From contig DBXG01000023.1 of assembly GCA_002309215.1 (NCBI GenBank), forward strand, positions 10,086-74,085: a DNA stretch of 64,000 nucleotides. The letters run 5' to 3'. Below are positions 38,403-47,339 of this stretch, in pieces. The position numbers and the translations under genes are program-made. The stretch comes from Alphaproteobacteria bacterium UBA1218. GTDB lineage: Bacteria; Pseudomonadota; Alphaproteobacteria; Rs-D84. Below the pieces are notes generated by a model. It saw only the letters and a program-made list of their open reading frames with translations, was not told where the DNA came from and searched no databases. How positions within the stretch are numbered: the stretch's first letter is position 1; each line of letters opens with the position of its first letter.

Positions 38403-39317
38403 ATGTATAAGTTTTCTGTTTTACGCCAAGTTTCAGCAACCATAGCAGGCTTATTTGGTACGACACGTGAATCACGCAGATTGAAACGCGATAAAATTAA
38501 ATTCCATGGTCTGATTGAAACGGTTGGTCAAAACAGATTACCACGTGAAAAATATGCAAAACGTATCCCGATATCTTTTTGTTTTGATGCGCGCGGTTGT
38601 AAGTTAGCAGCGGTATCAATAAAATCTTTGCTGGACGCATCACATGGACGCTGTGATTATGATATTTATTGCGTTGTGACTGATGATGTTGATAAGTCAT
38701 TACAAAACATAATAACAAACATAGTTGATGATTCGGAATCCAAGGTTTATTTCTTGAACGGCAATAATGATTTTGATAAATCTTATCGTGCAAAATGGCC
38801 GATTGCAGTATGGTACAGATTAATGTTGCCAAAATTATTACCGAACATTGACAAGATTATATATGCAGATATTGATATAATATTCTGTAATGATTTGATT
38901 GATGTATATGAATTAGACATGGGGACAAATATTGTTGCAGGCGTTCCAACACAAAAAAACGGATATATAAACTCTGGCTTTTTGGTTATGGATTTGGCAA
39001 AGATTCGCGCAGAAAAAGTTTATGAAAAATGGATAAAAGCTTCCCAATCTGAAAAATACGAAAACCCAGACCAAGATTGCCTGAACTATACACTTGAAAA
39101 CCGTAAATTATTTTTACCAGTGAAATATAATTTTCAGGCACGCCTGGGTTCACGAATATTCCAAATGTATTCTGAAATAGAACTTGATGACTTGAAACAT
39201 AATTTGGTAGTAATGCACTATTCTAATTATATCAAACCATGGAGCAATATCAGCGCACGCCCAATATATTCAGAAATATGGTGGAATACCGCCCATAAAA
39301 CAGGTCTGTTTGAATAA
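38403..39317 (+). CDS. glycosyltransferase family 8 (LPS alpha-1,3-glycosyltransferase-like)
   Basis: 304 aa. IPISFCFD, YADIDIIF DXD and NSGFLVMD motifs typical of GT8/RfaJ-like enzymes. Confidence 0.7.
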   Translation: MYKFSVLRQVSATIAGLFGTTRESRRLKRDKIKFHGLIETVGQNRLPREKYAKRIPISFCFDARGCKLAAVSIKSLLDASHGRCDYDIYCVVTDDVDKSLQNIITNIVDDSESKVYFLNGNNDFDKSYRAKWPIAVWYRLMLPKLLPNIDKIIYADIDIIFCNDLIDVYELDMGTNIVAGVPTQKNGYINSGFLVMDLAKIRAEKVYEKWIKASQSEKYENPDQDCLNYTLENRKLFLPVKYNFQARLGSRIFQMYSEIELDDLKHNLVVMHYSNYIKPWSNISARPIYSEIWWNTAHKTGLFE

Positions 39318-39329
39318 TCATTATTCCAA

Positions 39330-39600
39330 AACATCATCCAAACAATGCTCTCTTGCCAAGAGTGGTATAAGTTCCCCGCCCAAAGTCAAGTTCTCCCTGT
39401 ATGATGGGAACTTGCTCTCGAACTAGACTGATACTAGTTCCCCACCCGTGGCGGGGTGGATTGTGACGCAGTCACAAGACGGGGCGGGTATTCCGGTGTG
39501 TTCGTAATGCCGAACGTCTGGAACAGAAATTATTTGCCCCCTCCCCGCCATTCTGGCCCTCCCCTCCGTTGGAGGGGAATTAAAATCGATCAATAATAAA
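39330..39600. repeat. GC-rich mosaic palindromic repeat cluster, copy 1 (modules C-A-B)
   Basis: Hairpin modules CCACCCG/CGGGGTGG, GTGAC-GCA-GTCAC and CCCCTCC/GGAGGGG. About 140 nt (39445-39585) are roughly 85% identical to 42352-42490 in the same orientation, and 39406-39460 matches 42484-42535. Confidence 0.8.
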
Positions 39601-39709
39601 AAATCTGCACATAGCAAAGAAAGACTTTTTAACATTTTGCAAAATAATATTTTGTTTGTGTGCCTTTTTATGATATAATATCAATAAACTTAAATGTAGG
39701 AGTCCACAA

Positions 39710-40075
39710 ATGAAAGCACAATTTTTGATTATTTTCGGCGTATTCTTTGGCTTTGTATCGATTGCAAATGCTGCGCTGGTTGTAAAAAACGATACCATGG
39801 CCAAAAATGAAGCATACGAAGAATTGACCCTGGAAGATGCGCGTACAATCCAAACATTGGAAAACGATATTCGTATCTTGGATTCAGAAATTAAAAAGTG
39901 TGAAAAATCAAAGAAAGGTTGGATTGCTGGCACAGTAATTGGTAGTGCTGGCGTTGCTGCAACTGGTATCGCTGCGATTGTTCAAGGTGTTCAAATCAGC
40001 AAAGCAAAAGACCAAAAGAAAGCGCTTGAAAAAGAAACAAAAGAATTGAAAGCAAAAAACGAAAAAAATAAATAA
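39710..40075 (+). CDS. secreted/membrane glycine-zipper protein (121 aa), paralog of the N-terminal module of the next gene
   Basis: Signal peptide, coiled-coil, KKCEKSKKGWIAGTVIGSAGVAATGIAAIVQGV glycine-zipper segment and a Lys/Glu-rich tail. Confidence 0.55.
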   Translation: MKAQFLIIFGVFFGFVSIANAALVVKNDTMAKNEAYEELTLEDARTIQTLENDIRILDSEIKKCEKSKKGWIAGTVIGSAGVAATGIAAIVQGVQISKAKDQKKALEKETKELKAKNEKNK

Positions 40076-40101
40076 AGTTTGATTAACCATAGGTTCTTTT
40101 T

Positions 40102-42096
40102 ATGAAAAAAGCATTTATATCCAGTTTGATAATGTCATTTACGTGTATCGCATGTTATGCCCAGCATCCACGTATTACGCAATTAATTGCTGAAAAGCAG
40201 GCCAAGATGGAAAAATTGGAAAAGTGCCAGGGAACAACCAAAAGTCTGAAGATTGCTGGTATATCAACATTGGGTATAACTGCTGTTGGTGTTGGCGCCA
40301 ATATTGCAGAGGCTGTAGTTCTAAATAACGCCAAGGAAGATGTTGCCAAGGCAAAAAAAGCACGCGATGACGAACAAAAGAAGAAAAATGAACGTGAAGC
40401 CGCAGAAAAGAAAAGACAAGAAGAAGAAAGACAAAGATTGGAAGAAGAAAGAAAAAGACAAGAATGCGACAGTAGAAACGCTGTGTATGTCAATGGTGTT
40501 TGCGGTGGATGTAAAGACGGTTATATCGCAGATACAAGTGGTAATTGTGTAGAAAAACCGAAACCAGATGAACAACAAGGCGATGGCGATAAGCAGGAGG
40601 ATAAAAAATCTGGCGAAAACGAAAATGTCAAACCAAGTGCACCTAAAAAAGTTCCGGCCCAGGAAAGTGTTATAGATGTTGATTTTGATCAAATTGTAAA
40701 GTATTCACAATTGAAAACAGGAATCACAAATAAAATCAAGACCGATTATGAATGCGAAGGTAATACAGACCCAGAATGGGTATTTGGGTTTACTTGGAAA
40801 ACAACGTGTGGTGGCAAAACATACAATATCGCATTCCGTGGCGTAGATTGTGAAATCCAAGGCAGAGAATTCCAAGATGGCAAATGTATAGAAAACGCAG
40901 ATTTACCGAAAAACGAATGTGAACAGTATGGTACAATGCAAGGTAACATTTGTGTCTGGGCAGAAACCGTAGAAATTGGAGATGAAGACATCAAAAGACA
41001 TATTTTCGATACATTGAAAAATGATTATGGTTTTACAAACGTATCTGAGCAATCTAAATCTGAAACGGCATACATATTTAGCGCAAAAACACCAGAAAAA
41101 AATGTTCTTTTAACACTTCAGTTCAATGTAAAGTGTCAAAATGAAAAACAAAAAGTAGATACAAATAGCAATAATTGTGTTGATGCAGATAAAGTGACTG
41201 CGAAACCGGCAGATAGTAAGCCAAAGGCAGTTGCAGGTGATTTTGTTGAAACACTTTGCAAAAATAATGGAGGAACATTCAATGATAAAAGCCTTGTATG
41301 TACTAATCTAAAGGTTAACACATTGGCAAAATATAACGAAATAGTAAATCAGCTGAAAAACAACAATTTTAGATGCATAGAAGACAAAATGACTTCTTGT
41401 AATGATGGTAAACACGTGGTGGACATTGAACGTGATGGTGAAACAATGTTTGGGTATATTTGTAGAGAAAGCGGTTGGCACTATGATGCTGGTCGTAAAA
41501 CCTGTTATGTTGGTGGTAGTGTAAATACTCCTGCAAAACCAACGACTGCAAAAGATTGGCTTGCACAAAAAGCAAAAGCAGAATTTGATGGCAGAGGTTG
41601 TTCTTCAGAAAAATTTGAAGTTACTGATACATATACTGCGATTAAATGTAATAATGGATTTTCGCTTGCTTATTCATACAAAAACTTAACCTGTGGAGAG
41701 AACGAAGTCTTGAGGGGCTTGAGAGAGGAGGCGCAGTGTGTAGAATGCGCAGATGACGAATGGGTTAAAGATGGCGAGTGTAAACCAGTAAGATGTAAAG
41801 ATTATGTGTATACAGTCGTAAAGAATCATGATTGCTATTGGAAGGCTGGCAGGTTCACCATCACTGATTTGGAAGACGGAAGAGTTAAAGATAAAAGTGA
41901 GGCACGAGACTGGATAAACAAATGGTTTACCAAAGCTCTTAATCAGCGGAGCGCCATGGCAACTGAGTTTAACTGTAAGGTTACTGAAGCAAATTATGTT
42001 ATTGGTAAAGATGTTGTTGAATGTAGCCTTGGTAATACAACATTTGAATTTAAGATTCAGAACATAAGTGGTGCAAGTGTCGGTGATAAACTCTGA
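40102..42096 (+). CDS. large secreted Cys-rich protein (664 aa) with glycine-zipper N-terminal module and KE-rich coiled coil
   Basis: Signal peptide. EKCQGTTKSLKIAGISTLGITAVGVGANIAEAV parallels the preceding protein. Then a KKRQEEERQRLEEERKRQ charged helix, followed by about 500 aa with about 40 Cys in repeated CxxC / C...C patterns. Confidence 0.6.
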   Translation: MKKAFISSLIMSFTCIACYAQHPRITQLIAEKQAKMEKLEKCQGTTKSLKIAGISTLGITAVGVGANIAEAVVLNNAKEDVAKAKKARDDEQKKKNEREAAEKKRQEEERQRLEEERKRQECDSRNAVYVNGVCGGCKDGYIADTSGNCVEKPKPDEQQGDGDKQEDKKSGENENVKPSAPKKVPAQESVIDVDFDQIVKYSQLKTGITNKIKTDYECEGNTDPEWVFGFTWKTTCGGKTYNIAFRGVDCEIQGREFQDGKCIENADLPKNECEQYGTMQGNICVWAETVEIGDEDIKRHIFDTLKNDYGFTNVSEQSKSETAYIFSAKTPEKNVLLTLQFNVKCQNEKQKVDTNSNNCVDADKVTAKPADSKPKAVAGDFVETLCKNNGGTFNDKSLVCTNLKVNTLAKYNEIVNQLKNNNFRCIEDKMTSCNDGKHVVDIERDGETMFGYICRESGWHYDAGRKTCYVGGSVNTPAKPTTAKDWLAQKAKAEFDGRGCSSEKFEVTDTYTAIKCNNGFSLAYSYKNLTCGENEVLRGLREEAQCVECADDEWVKDGECKPVRCKDYVYTVVKNHDCYWKAGRFTITDLEDGRVKDKSEARDWINKWFTKALNQRSAMATEFNCKVTEANYVIGKDVVECSLGNTTFEFKIQNISGASVGDKL

Positions 42097-42120
42097 TTCA
42101 ATATTTACAAAGTTCTAACA

Positions 42121-42147
42121 AATCCCCGTTGTACGGGGATTTTTTTC
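42121..42147 (+). terminator. rho-independent terminator after the 664-aa gene
   Basis: ATCCCCGT-TGTA-CGGGGAT followed by T7. Confidence 0.75.
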
Positions 42148-42179
42148 AATTCCCACCTGATACTGGTTCGCTCGACATT

Positions 42180-42540
42180 ACGTGTCTATGCGTATACCGT
42201 AACGACTACGAGTAAGTGAAAACGAACAAGGCGAAGTTTGAATATTAAGGAGTGCCACGCAGGGCGAAGCCCGAGTGATTTCGCTACACTTCGTTTGCAA
42301 AATCTACTTGTATTCCCCACCCGAAGTCTCGACGTAGCGATAGCGAAGACGGACGTGGCGGGGTGGATTGTGACGCAGTCACAAGACGGGGCGGGTATTC
42401 TGGTGTGTGCGTAATAACGAATGTCTGGAACAATAACAATTTGAACCCTCCCCGTCCTGCGGGCCCTCCCCTCCAATGGAGGTGAACTTGCTCTCAAACT
42501 AGACTGATACTAGTTCCCCGCCTGGGGCGGGGGGGACCGC
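42180..42540. repeat. GC-rich mosaic palindromic repeat cluster, copy 2 (X-A-B-C)
   Basis: Shares modules A and B (42352-42490) and module C (42484-42535) with copy 1. The 5' part has additional CGAAG-containing palindromes. Confidence 0.8.
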
Positions 42541-42605
42541 TTGCGGTGGGGAGGGTTGTGTTTTTAATATTGAACAAAACATATTTTCAACATAAAATTA
42601 AAATT

Positions 42606-42953
42606 ATGTACGGTTATAATAAACAACTTAAAGGTTTAGCACGTGCCAATCGTAATGCTGGCAATTTAGCCGAAGTATTACTTTGGCATGAATTACAACG
42701 TTGTAAACTTGGGGTCAGGTTCACTCGACAGAAACCTATTGGAAATTATATTGCTGATTTTTATTGTCGTGAAAAGAAATTGGTTATCGAAATAGACGGT
42801 TGGTCACATGACAATAAATACGAATATGATAAAACACGCGATGAATATATGAAATCTTTGGGGATACATGTATTAAGAATATCAGACAAAGATACAAGAA
42901 AAGATATGGCAAATGTCTTGATATGGATAAAGCATAACATAGACACAATATAA
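42606..42953 (+). CDS. DUF559-family endonuclease-like protein (Vsr/PD-(D/E)XK fold)
   Basis: About 115 aa. GNYIADFYCREKKLVIEIDGWSHD...D matches the DUF559 core (D...E.D). Embedded between repeat copies. Confidence 0.65.
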   Translation: MYGYNKQLKGLARANRNAGNLAEVLLWHELQRCKLGVRFTRQKPIGNYIADFYCREKKLVIEIDGWSHDNKYEYDKTRDEYMKSLGIHVLRISDKDTRKDMANVLIWIKHNIDTI

Positions 42954-42959
42954 AATACA

Positions 42960-43022
42960 ACCCTCCCCGTCGCTTCGCGCCACCCCGCCTCAGGCGGGGA
43001 ACTTACTCTCGAACTAGGTTGA
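42960..43022. repeat. short third copy of repeat modules (B-end plus C-start)
   Basis: CCCTCCCCG...GGCGGGGAACTTACTCTCGAACTAG is related to 39540-39430 and 42440-42505. Confidence 0.6.
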
Positions 43023-43032
43023 GATAAATATT

Positions 43033-43275
43033 CTATTTCATTGGTGGAAAGCAATTATCCGAATCGTTTGGGCAACAAACCATCCAACCACCGCCTGCAT
43101 CAGTATAAACCTCCCCTTCGCAACAGCCATGTTTATCGGGTTTATTACCACTGGGGCATGTCACAAAGAAACTGTGCCAATTCGCAACAAAAAAATGTGT
43201 GCTGTATCCAAATGCCCAACCAACCAACACTGCAATAACGATGAACAGCCATGTATTATCTTTCGTCTTTTTCAT
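43033..43275 (-). CDS. small Cys-rich single-pass membrane protein (80 aa)
   Basis: N-terminal TM helix, then 7 Cys including CC pairs. Hypothetical. Confidence 0.35.
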   Translation of the reverse strand: MKKTKDNTWLFIVIAVLVGWAFGYSTHFFVANWHSFFVTCPSGNKPDKHGCCEGEVYTDAGGGWMVCCPNDSDNCFPPMK

Positions 43276-43284
43276 TATACCCCC

Positions 43285-43959
43285 CTATTCTTCTATGATT
43301 TTTTCCAATTGAATTATAAAATCAATAGCTGGATTGGTCAATTTCTTTGCTTTTTCCAACATTCTGGCTGCTTCATTTTGCATTTGCAGACGTTTATATG
43401 TTTCAACCATTTCTGTTGCTTCGCGCCTGTCATCCAATCTATCTTGATTCAAAGCACGTGCAACTTCCAAATCTTTTCGTGCCAATTCTTTGTACGCATC
43501 AGTATTTGCTTTGCAACCCCTGTCTGCTAAATTAGCATAAATCTTTGCACGATTTATGTAATCTTGGGCATCGTTTGATACGTCAAAATTCATATTACCC
43601 AATCTTTGCAACCATATTGCCTCAATCCTTTCACATGGAATATCTTGTGGCTTCATATTATTATGCTGTGGTATAAATTTTTTTGGTTGCCCAGGTTTTA
43701 TACGCTTGAAATTTCTGTTATTACAATTTTCAGAAAATATTTCATTTAATTGTCTTAACAAGTCTGGATTATTATTTTCTGCCGCATTGATAATTTGATT
43801 TGATATTTGCTGACATTGTGCCATGGACATAGTTGAATTATTTACGCGTGATGTTCCATTTATAATAAAACCTATGCCGATACCAAATATCAAAATGCAA
43901 ATCATACCGATTATGCCGTATATTTTGTATTTCAACACACTAGTATTTTGCTTTTTCAT
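43285..43959 (-). CDS. membrane-anchored hypothetical protein (224 aa), helical-repeat-like
   Basis: N-terminal TM, then a helical domain with a possible Sel1/TPR-like character. Confidence 0.4.
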   Translation of the reverse strand: MKKQNTSVLKYKIYGIIGMICILIFGIGIGFIINGTSRVNNSTMSMAQCQQISNQIINAAENNNPDLLRQLNEIFSENCNNRNFKRIKPGQPKKFIPQHNNMKPQDIPCERIEAIWLQRLGNMNFDVSNDAQDYINRAKIYANLADRGCKANTDAYKELARKDLEVARALNQDRLDDRREATEMVETYKRLQMQNEAARMLEKAKKLTNPAIDFIIQLEKIIEE

Positions 43960-43983
43960 TTTTCTCTCCTTTGTTTACTATTT

Positions 43984-44694
43984 TTATTTAACAATTCCAT
44001 CTTTGATTGTGATAATTCTGTCTGCGCGTTTAGCCAGATTCATATCATGCGTCACAAACAACAAAGACATATTATTCTTGCGAACCAAATCCAGTAATAA
44101 ATCAAATACAGAAACCGCATTTTCAGGATCCAAACTACCCGTAGGCTCGTCTGCCAATAATATTTCAGGGTTATTCGCCAAAGCGCGCGCTAATGCAGTT
44201 CTTTGCTGTTCGCCACCAGACATTTCACCTGGAAAATGACATGCACGATGCGAAACGTTTGCAGCCCGTAATAACTTCATAGCCCTGGCACATGCAACAT
44301 CTGAATTCACCCCGTCCGCCAACATTGGCAATTCGACATTTTCAAGCGCTGTGAAATCAGATAATAAATTATGTTTTTGATACACAAAACCTATTTTTTT
44401 GCGACGCAACATAGTACGTGTTTCATCATTCATTTTATCAATAGGCAGACCGTTTATAAAAATATCCCCAGATGTTGGTTTGTCCAGCAAACCTATACAT
44501 TGTAATAATGTAGATTTTCCAGAACCACTTTGCCCAACCAAAGCCACAATTTCACCACGATACAAATCAAAACTGCCACCACGCAATATCTTTAACGGCT
44601 GACCACCTTCGACAAAAGTCTTTTTAATATCACGAACGGATAACACAGCATCTTTCTTTGATATTTTTGATAAAGAATTCAATATACTCGCCAT
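43984..44694 (-). CDS. lolD: lipoprotein-releasing system ATP-binding protein LolD
   Basis: 236 aa ABC ATPase with Walker A GQSGSGKST, signature SGGEQQR, Walker B. Confidence 0.85.
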   Translation of the reverse strand: MASILNSLSKISKKDAVLSVRDIKKTFVEGGQPLKILRGGSFDLYRGEIVALVGQSGSGKSTLLQCIGLLDKPTSGDIFINGLPIDKMNDETRTMLRRKKIGFVYQKHNLLSDFTALENVELPMLADGVNSDVACARAMKLLRAANVSHRACHFPGEMSGGEQQRTALARALANNPEILLADEPTGSLDPENAVSVFDLLLDLVRKNNMSLLFVTHDMNLAKRADRIITIKDGIVK

Positions 44695-44703
44695 TTATTT
44701 TCC

Positions 44704-45960
44704 TTATTCATTTCGTAATGTTTCAACTGGATCTGTGTTTGCCGCCTTCCAAGCCGGATATAACGTAGCCAAGAAAGACAAAGCAATCGCAATAACCGCA
44801 ATACTGATAACTGTTGATGGCACCAATTTAGATGGTAATTCAGATAATGAATACAATTCAGCAGGAAACAAATCACGTCCAGTCAAGAACTGGAAAAAAT
44901 GGCGAATTTGTTCAATGTACACCGCCATAATAACACCCAGAACCGTCCCAAGAATCGCACCAATCAAACCAATGCTGGTTCCAGATAAAATAAATATTTT
45001 CATCATAGATTTACGTGACACACCAAATGTTCGCAACACTGCAATATCCTTGTTTTTATCCTTGACCAACATCACCAACGAAGAAATGATATTAAATGCA
45101 GCAACAATAACTATTAATAACAAAATCAAAAACATAACACTGGTTTCAACCTGCAAAGCCCCAACAAAACCACGATTCAAATCACGCCAATCACGAACAA
45201 TGAAACCATCTGGCAATAAAGCTTTTAACGCATCAACAACAACCCCACTTTGTTCTGCATCAGTCAAAAACAAATCTATATGCGTCACACTGTTTTCTAT
45301 GTTCAAATATTTTTGCGCAGTTTCAAGTGGCATAAATATATACCCTGAATCATATTCATGCATTCCAACAAAGAAAGACGACACAACAGGATACGCCATG
45401 ATACGTGGCATAGTCCCAAACGGCGTAGCAGTCCCCGCCCCCGCAGAAATCAAAGACACTTTATCATCTTTGCTGACACGCAAATTACGCGACAAAACAG
45501 AACCTATGACTAATTCACCATCTTTGACCTTGTCCAAACTTTTACCATAAATCCGCGTTCCTGTTGCGGTTTTTGCAATTAAATCAGGCATACGAATACC
45601 ACGAATCATTGCACCAGAATTATTCCCCTTGGCCGAAGCCATTATTTGACCTTCTGCAATTGGGACAATCGATGTTGTATATTTAGATACGACTGTATTT
45701 TGACGCATCTTGTCCATCAAGAAATCATAATCAGAAATCGTTCCTGCCTGATGATATACAACAACATGTCCGTTCATACCGATAATTCTGGACAACAAAG
45801 TTTCATGAAAACCACCCATCACAGACATCACAACTATCAAAGTTGCGACACCCAGCATTATACCAATCAAAGACACCCAAGAAACCACAGAACCAAATCC
45901 ACGTTTCTTGGCTGCCATATATCTGAAAGCAATCTTTTTTTCCAATTTAGAAAACAACAT
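44704..45960 (-). CDS. lolC: lipoprotein-releasing system permease LolC/LolE family
   Basis: 418 aa. FtsX-like 4-TM permease with a large periplasmic loop, adjacent to lolD. Confidence 0.8.
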   Translation of the reverse strand: MLFSKLEKKIAFRYMAAKKRGFGSVVSWVSLIGIMLGVATLIVVMSVMGGFHETLLSRIIGMNGHVVVYHQAGTISDYDFLMDKMRQNTVVSKYTTSIVPIAEGQIMASAKGNNSGAMIRGIRMPDLIAKTATGTRIYGKSLDKVKDGELVIGSVLSRNLRVSKDDKVSLISAGAGTATPFGTMPRIMAYPVVSSFFVGMHEYDSGYIFMPLETAQKYLNIENSVTHIDLFLTDAEQSGVVVDALKALLPDGFIVRDWRDLNRGFVGALQVETSVMFLILLLIVIVAAFNIISSLVMLVKDKNKDIAVLRTFGVSRKSMMKIFILSGTSIGLIGAILGTVLGVIMAVYIEQIRHFFQFLTGRDLFPAELYSLSELPSKLVPSTVISIAVIAIALSFLATLYPAWKAANTDPVETLRNE

Positions 45961-45969
45961 TTTTTATCC

Positions 45970-47304
45970 CTATTGATTCAAGAAATCACGCAATTCATCA
46001 CCTGATAACGGTGTCATTTGTTTAACACTATTATTTGCATCTATGATAGAAATTAACCGCGGAGACATGAACACAACCAATTCTGCAAACGGACTTATCA
46101 ATGTTTCTGGTGTAGTCACAAAAGAATGTGTTGGTATACCAACAATTACATAGTTATCGCCAACATTTGATGGAATCTTGAAAGAAGACAATTCACCATT
46201 GCTGGTGCTAAGCACTATCTTCGCGTCAATCTTTTTTGTTTCTGCATAATTGCCGTATGTCCCTGTTGCGCCAATAATCAAATCTGTTTCCAGTCTGTCT
46301 TCCTTACCACATTGACCAATATCAAATCTTGATTGCCAGCCATTTGGTATCGCAAACGTCCCCTGGGAAATCAGAACGACATTAGCTTGCTGGGCCATAA
46401 ACTCTTGCAAAGTTTTTGTGTTTATCTCTGGACTTACCACCAGCGCACGTCCAACAACCCCAGGTATAGACATACGAATATTCTTATCGCCAAATGCAGG
46501 CAACATATTCATCCAAATAATCGCATCATCTTTTTTCGGATAAACACGATAAACATCAATGTCCCACGCCAGAACATATTTCTTTGATGCAACATCAGAT
46601 ATAATTTTTGCAACTTCGCGTTCAGTCTGATAATCCCCTTCGAACACAACAGTTTTTTCTTGCCAGTTTACCAACAAATTACGAATATCTGCACCACGCA
46701 TAGCATCCAACAGCGCCATTATCATAGTTTCATCTTTTGGCATTTTTATCAGCCACTTTCCATAACTCGTCAGACGAATTTCGCCAAACTCTGCATCATA
46801 AGAATAATAAACACGCCCCAACTTTGTCATCAATTCAATAGCATCCGCCAAAGCCCCAGATTTAATACCGCCACTAATTTTCTCAAAATTCGAGTTATCT
46901 TCCACCACAGAAATATCTGTTCCTTCAAGCAAGTTTTCCAATGCGTCCTTTACAGGAATCCTTTTGAAATCATAATCAGAAACTTGCAAGTCAGGCAATT
47001 TATCACCTGTATTCAAACGAACAATTTCTATTTTTTCTTCTGGAACCACAGACACGACACTTTGATGATTCCAATCAACAGTACACCTTTTTGGCAAATC
47101 CAGCGCAAACCGTTGTGCAGTATCTGTTGTCAAAGCCGCTTTTTTAGGAAAAATTGGCACAGAACGTTCATCGATAACAAAATTTTCAACCACGTTCACC
47201 ATATCATAAGAAACAGGCTCTTGCTTTTTAACACAGCCAGCAAACAACATAGCCCCAATTCCAAGATATATTAAAACATTAGTTTTTATCTTATTTTGTG
47301 CCAT
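45970..47304 (-). CDS. hypothetical lipoprotein (444 aa) upstream of lolCD
   Basis: Lipobox LFAGC. No recognised catalytic motif. Co-oriented with the lol genes at a 10-nt spacing. Confidence 0.45.
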   Translation of the reverse strand: MAQNKIKTNVLIYLGIGAMLFAGCVKKQEPVSYDMVNVVENFVIDERSVPIFPKKAALTTDTAQRFALDLPKRCTVDWNHQSVVSVVPEEKIEIVRLNTGDKLPDLQVSDYDFKRIPVKDALENLLEGTDISVVEDNSNFEKISGGIKSGALADAIELMTKLGRVYYSYDAEFGEIRLTSYGKWLIKMPKDETMIMALLDAMRGADIRNLLVNWQEKTVVFEGDYQTEREVAKIISDVASKKYVLAWDIDVYRVYPKKDDAIIWMNMLPAFGDKNIRMSIPGVVGRALVVSPEINTKTLQEFMAQQANVVLISQGTFAIPNGWQSRFDIGQCGKEDRLETDLIIGATGTYGNYAETKKIDAKIVLSTSNGELSSFKIPSNVGDNYVIVGIPTHSFVTTPETLISPFAELVVFMSPRLISIIDANNSVKQMTPLSGDELRDFLNQ

Positions 47305-47339
47305 TTTGTATCCTTTTTTCTTTCATATTTCCATTTATA

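Noticed and set aside
39423-39635. 70-aa ORF on the minus strand, and the related 103-aa ORF at 42186-42497, sharing ...GRGQI..VPD.R.Y.HT.IPAPSCDCVTIHPAT.
   Set aside because: Both lie entirely within the GC-rich palindromic repeats. The shared peptide is simply the translated repeat, there is no RBS, and the composition is Pro/Arg/Gly-rich as expected for GC-rich noncoding sequence.
39330-43022. CRISPR array.
   Set aside because: The repeats are long (more than 100 nt), mosaic and irregularly spaced. They lack unique spacers of uniform length, and no cas genes are nearby.
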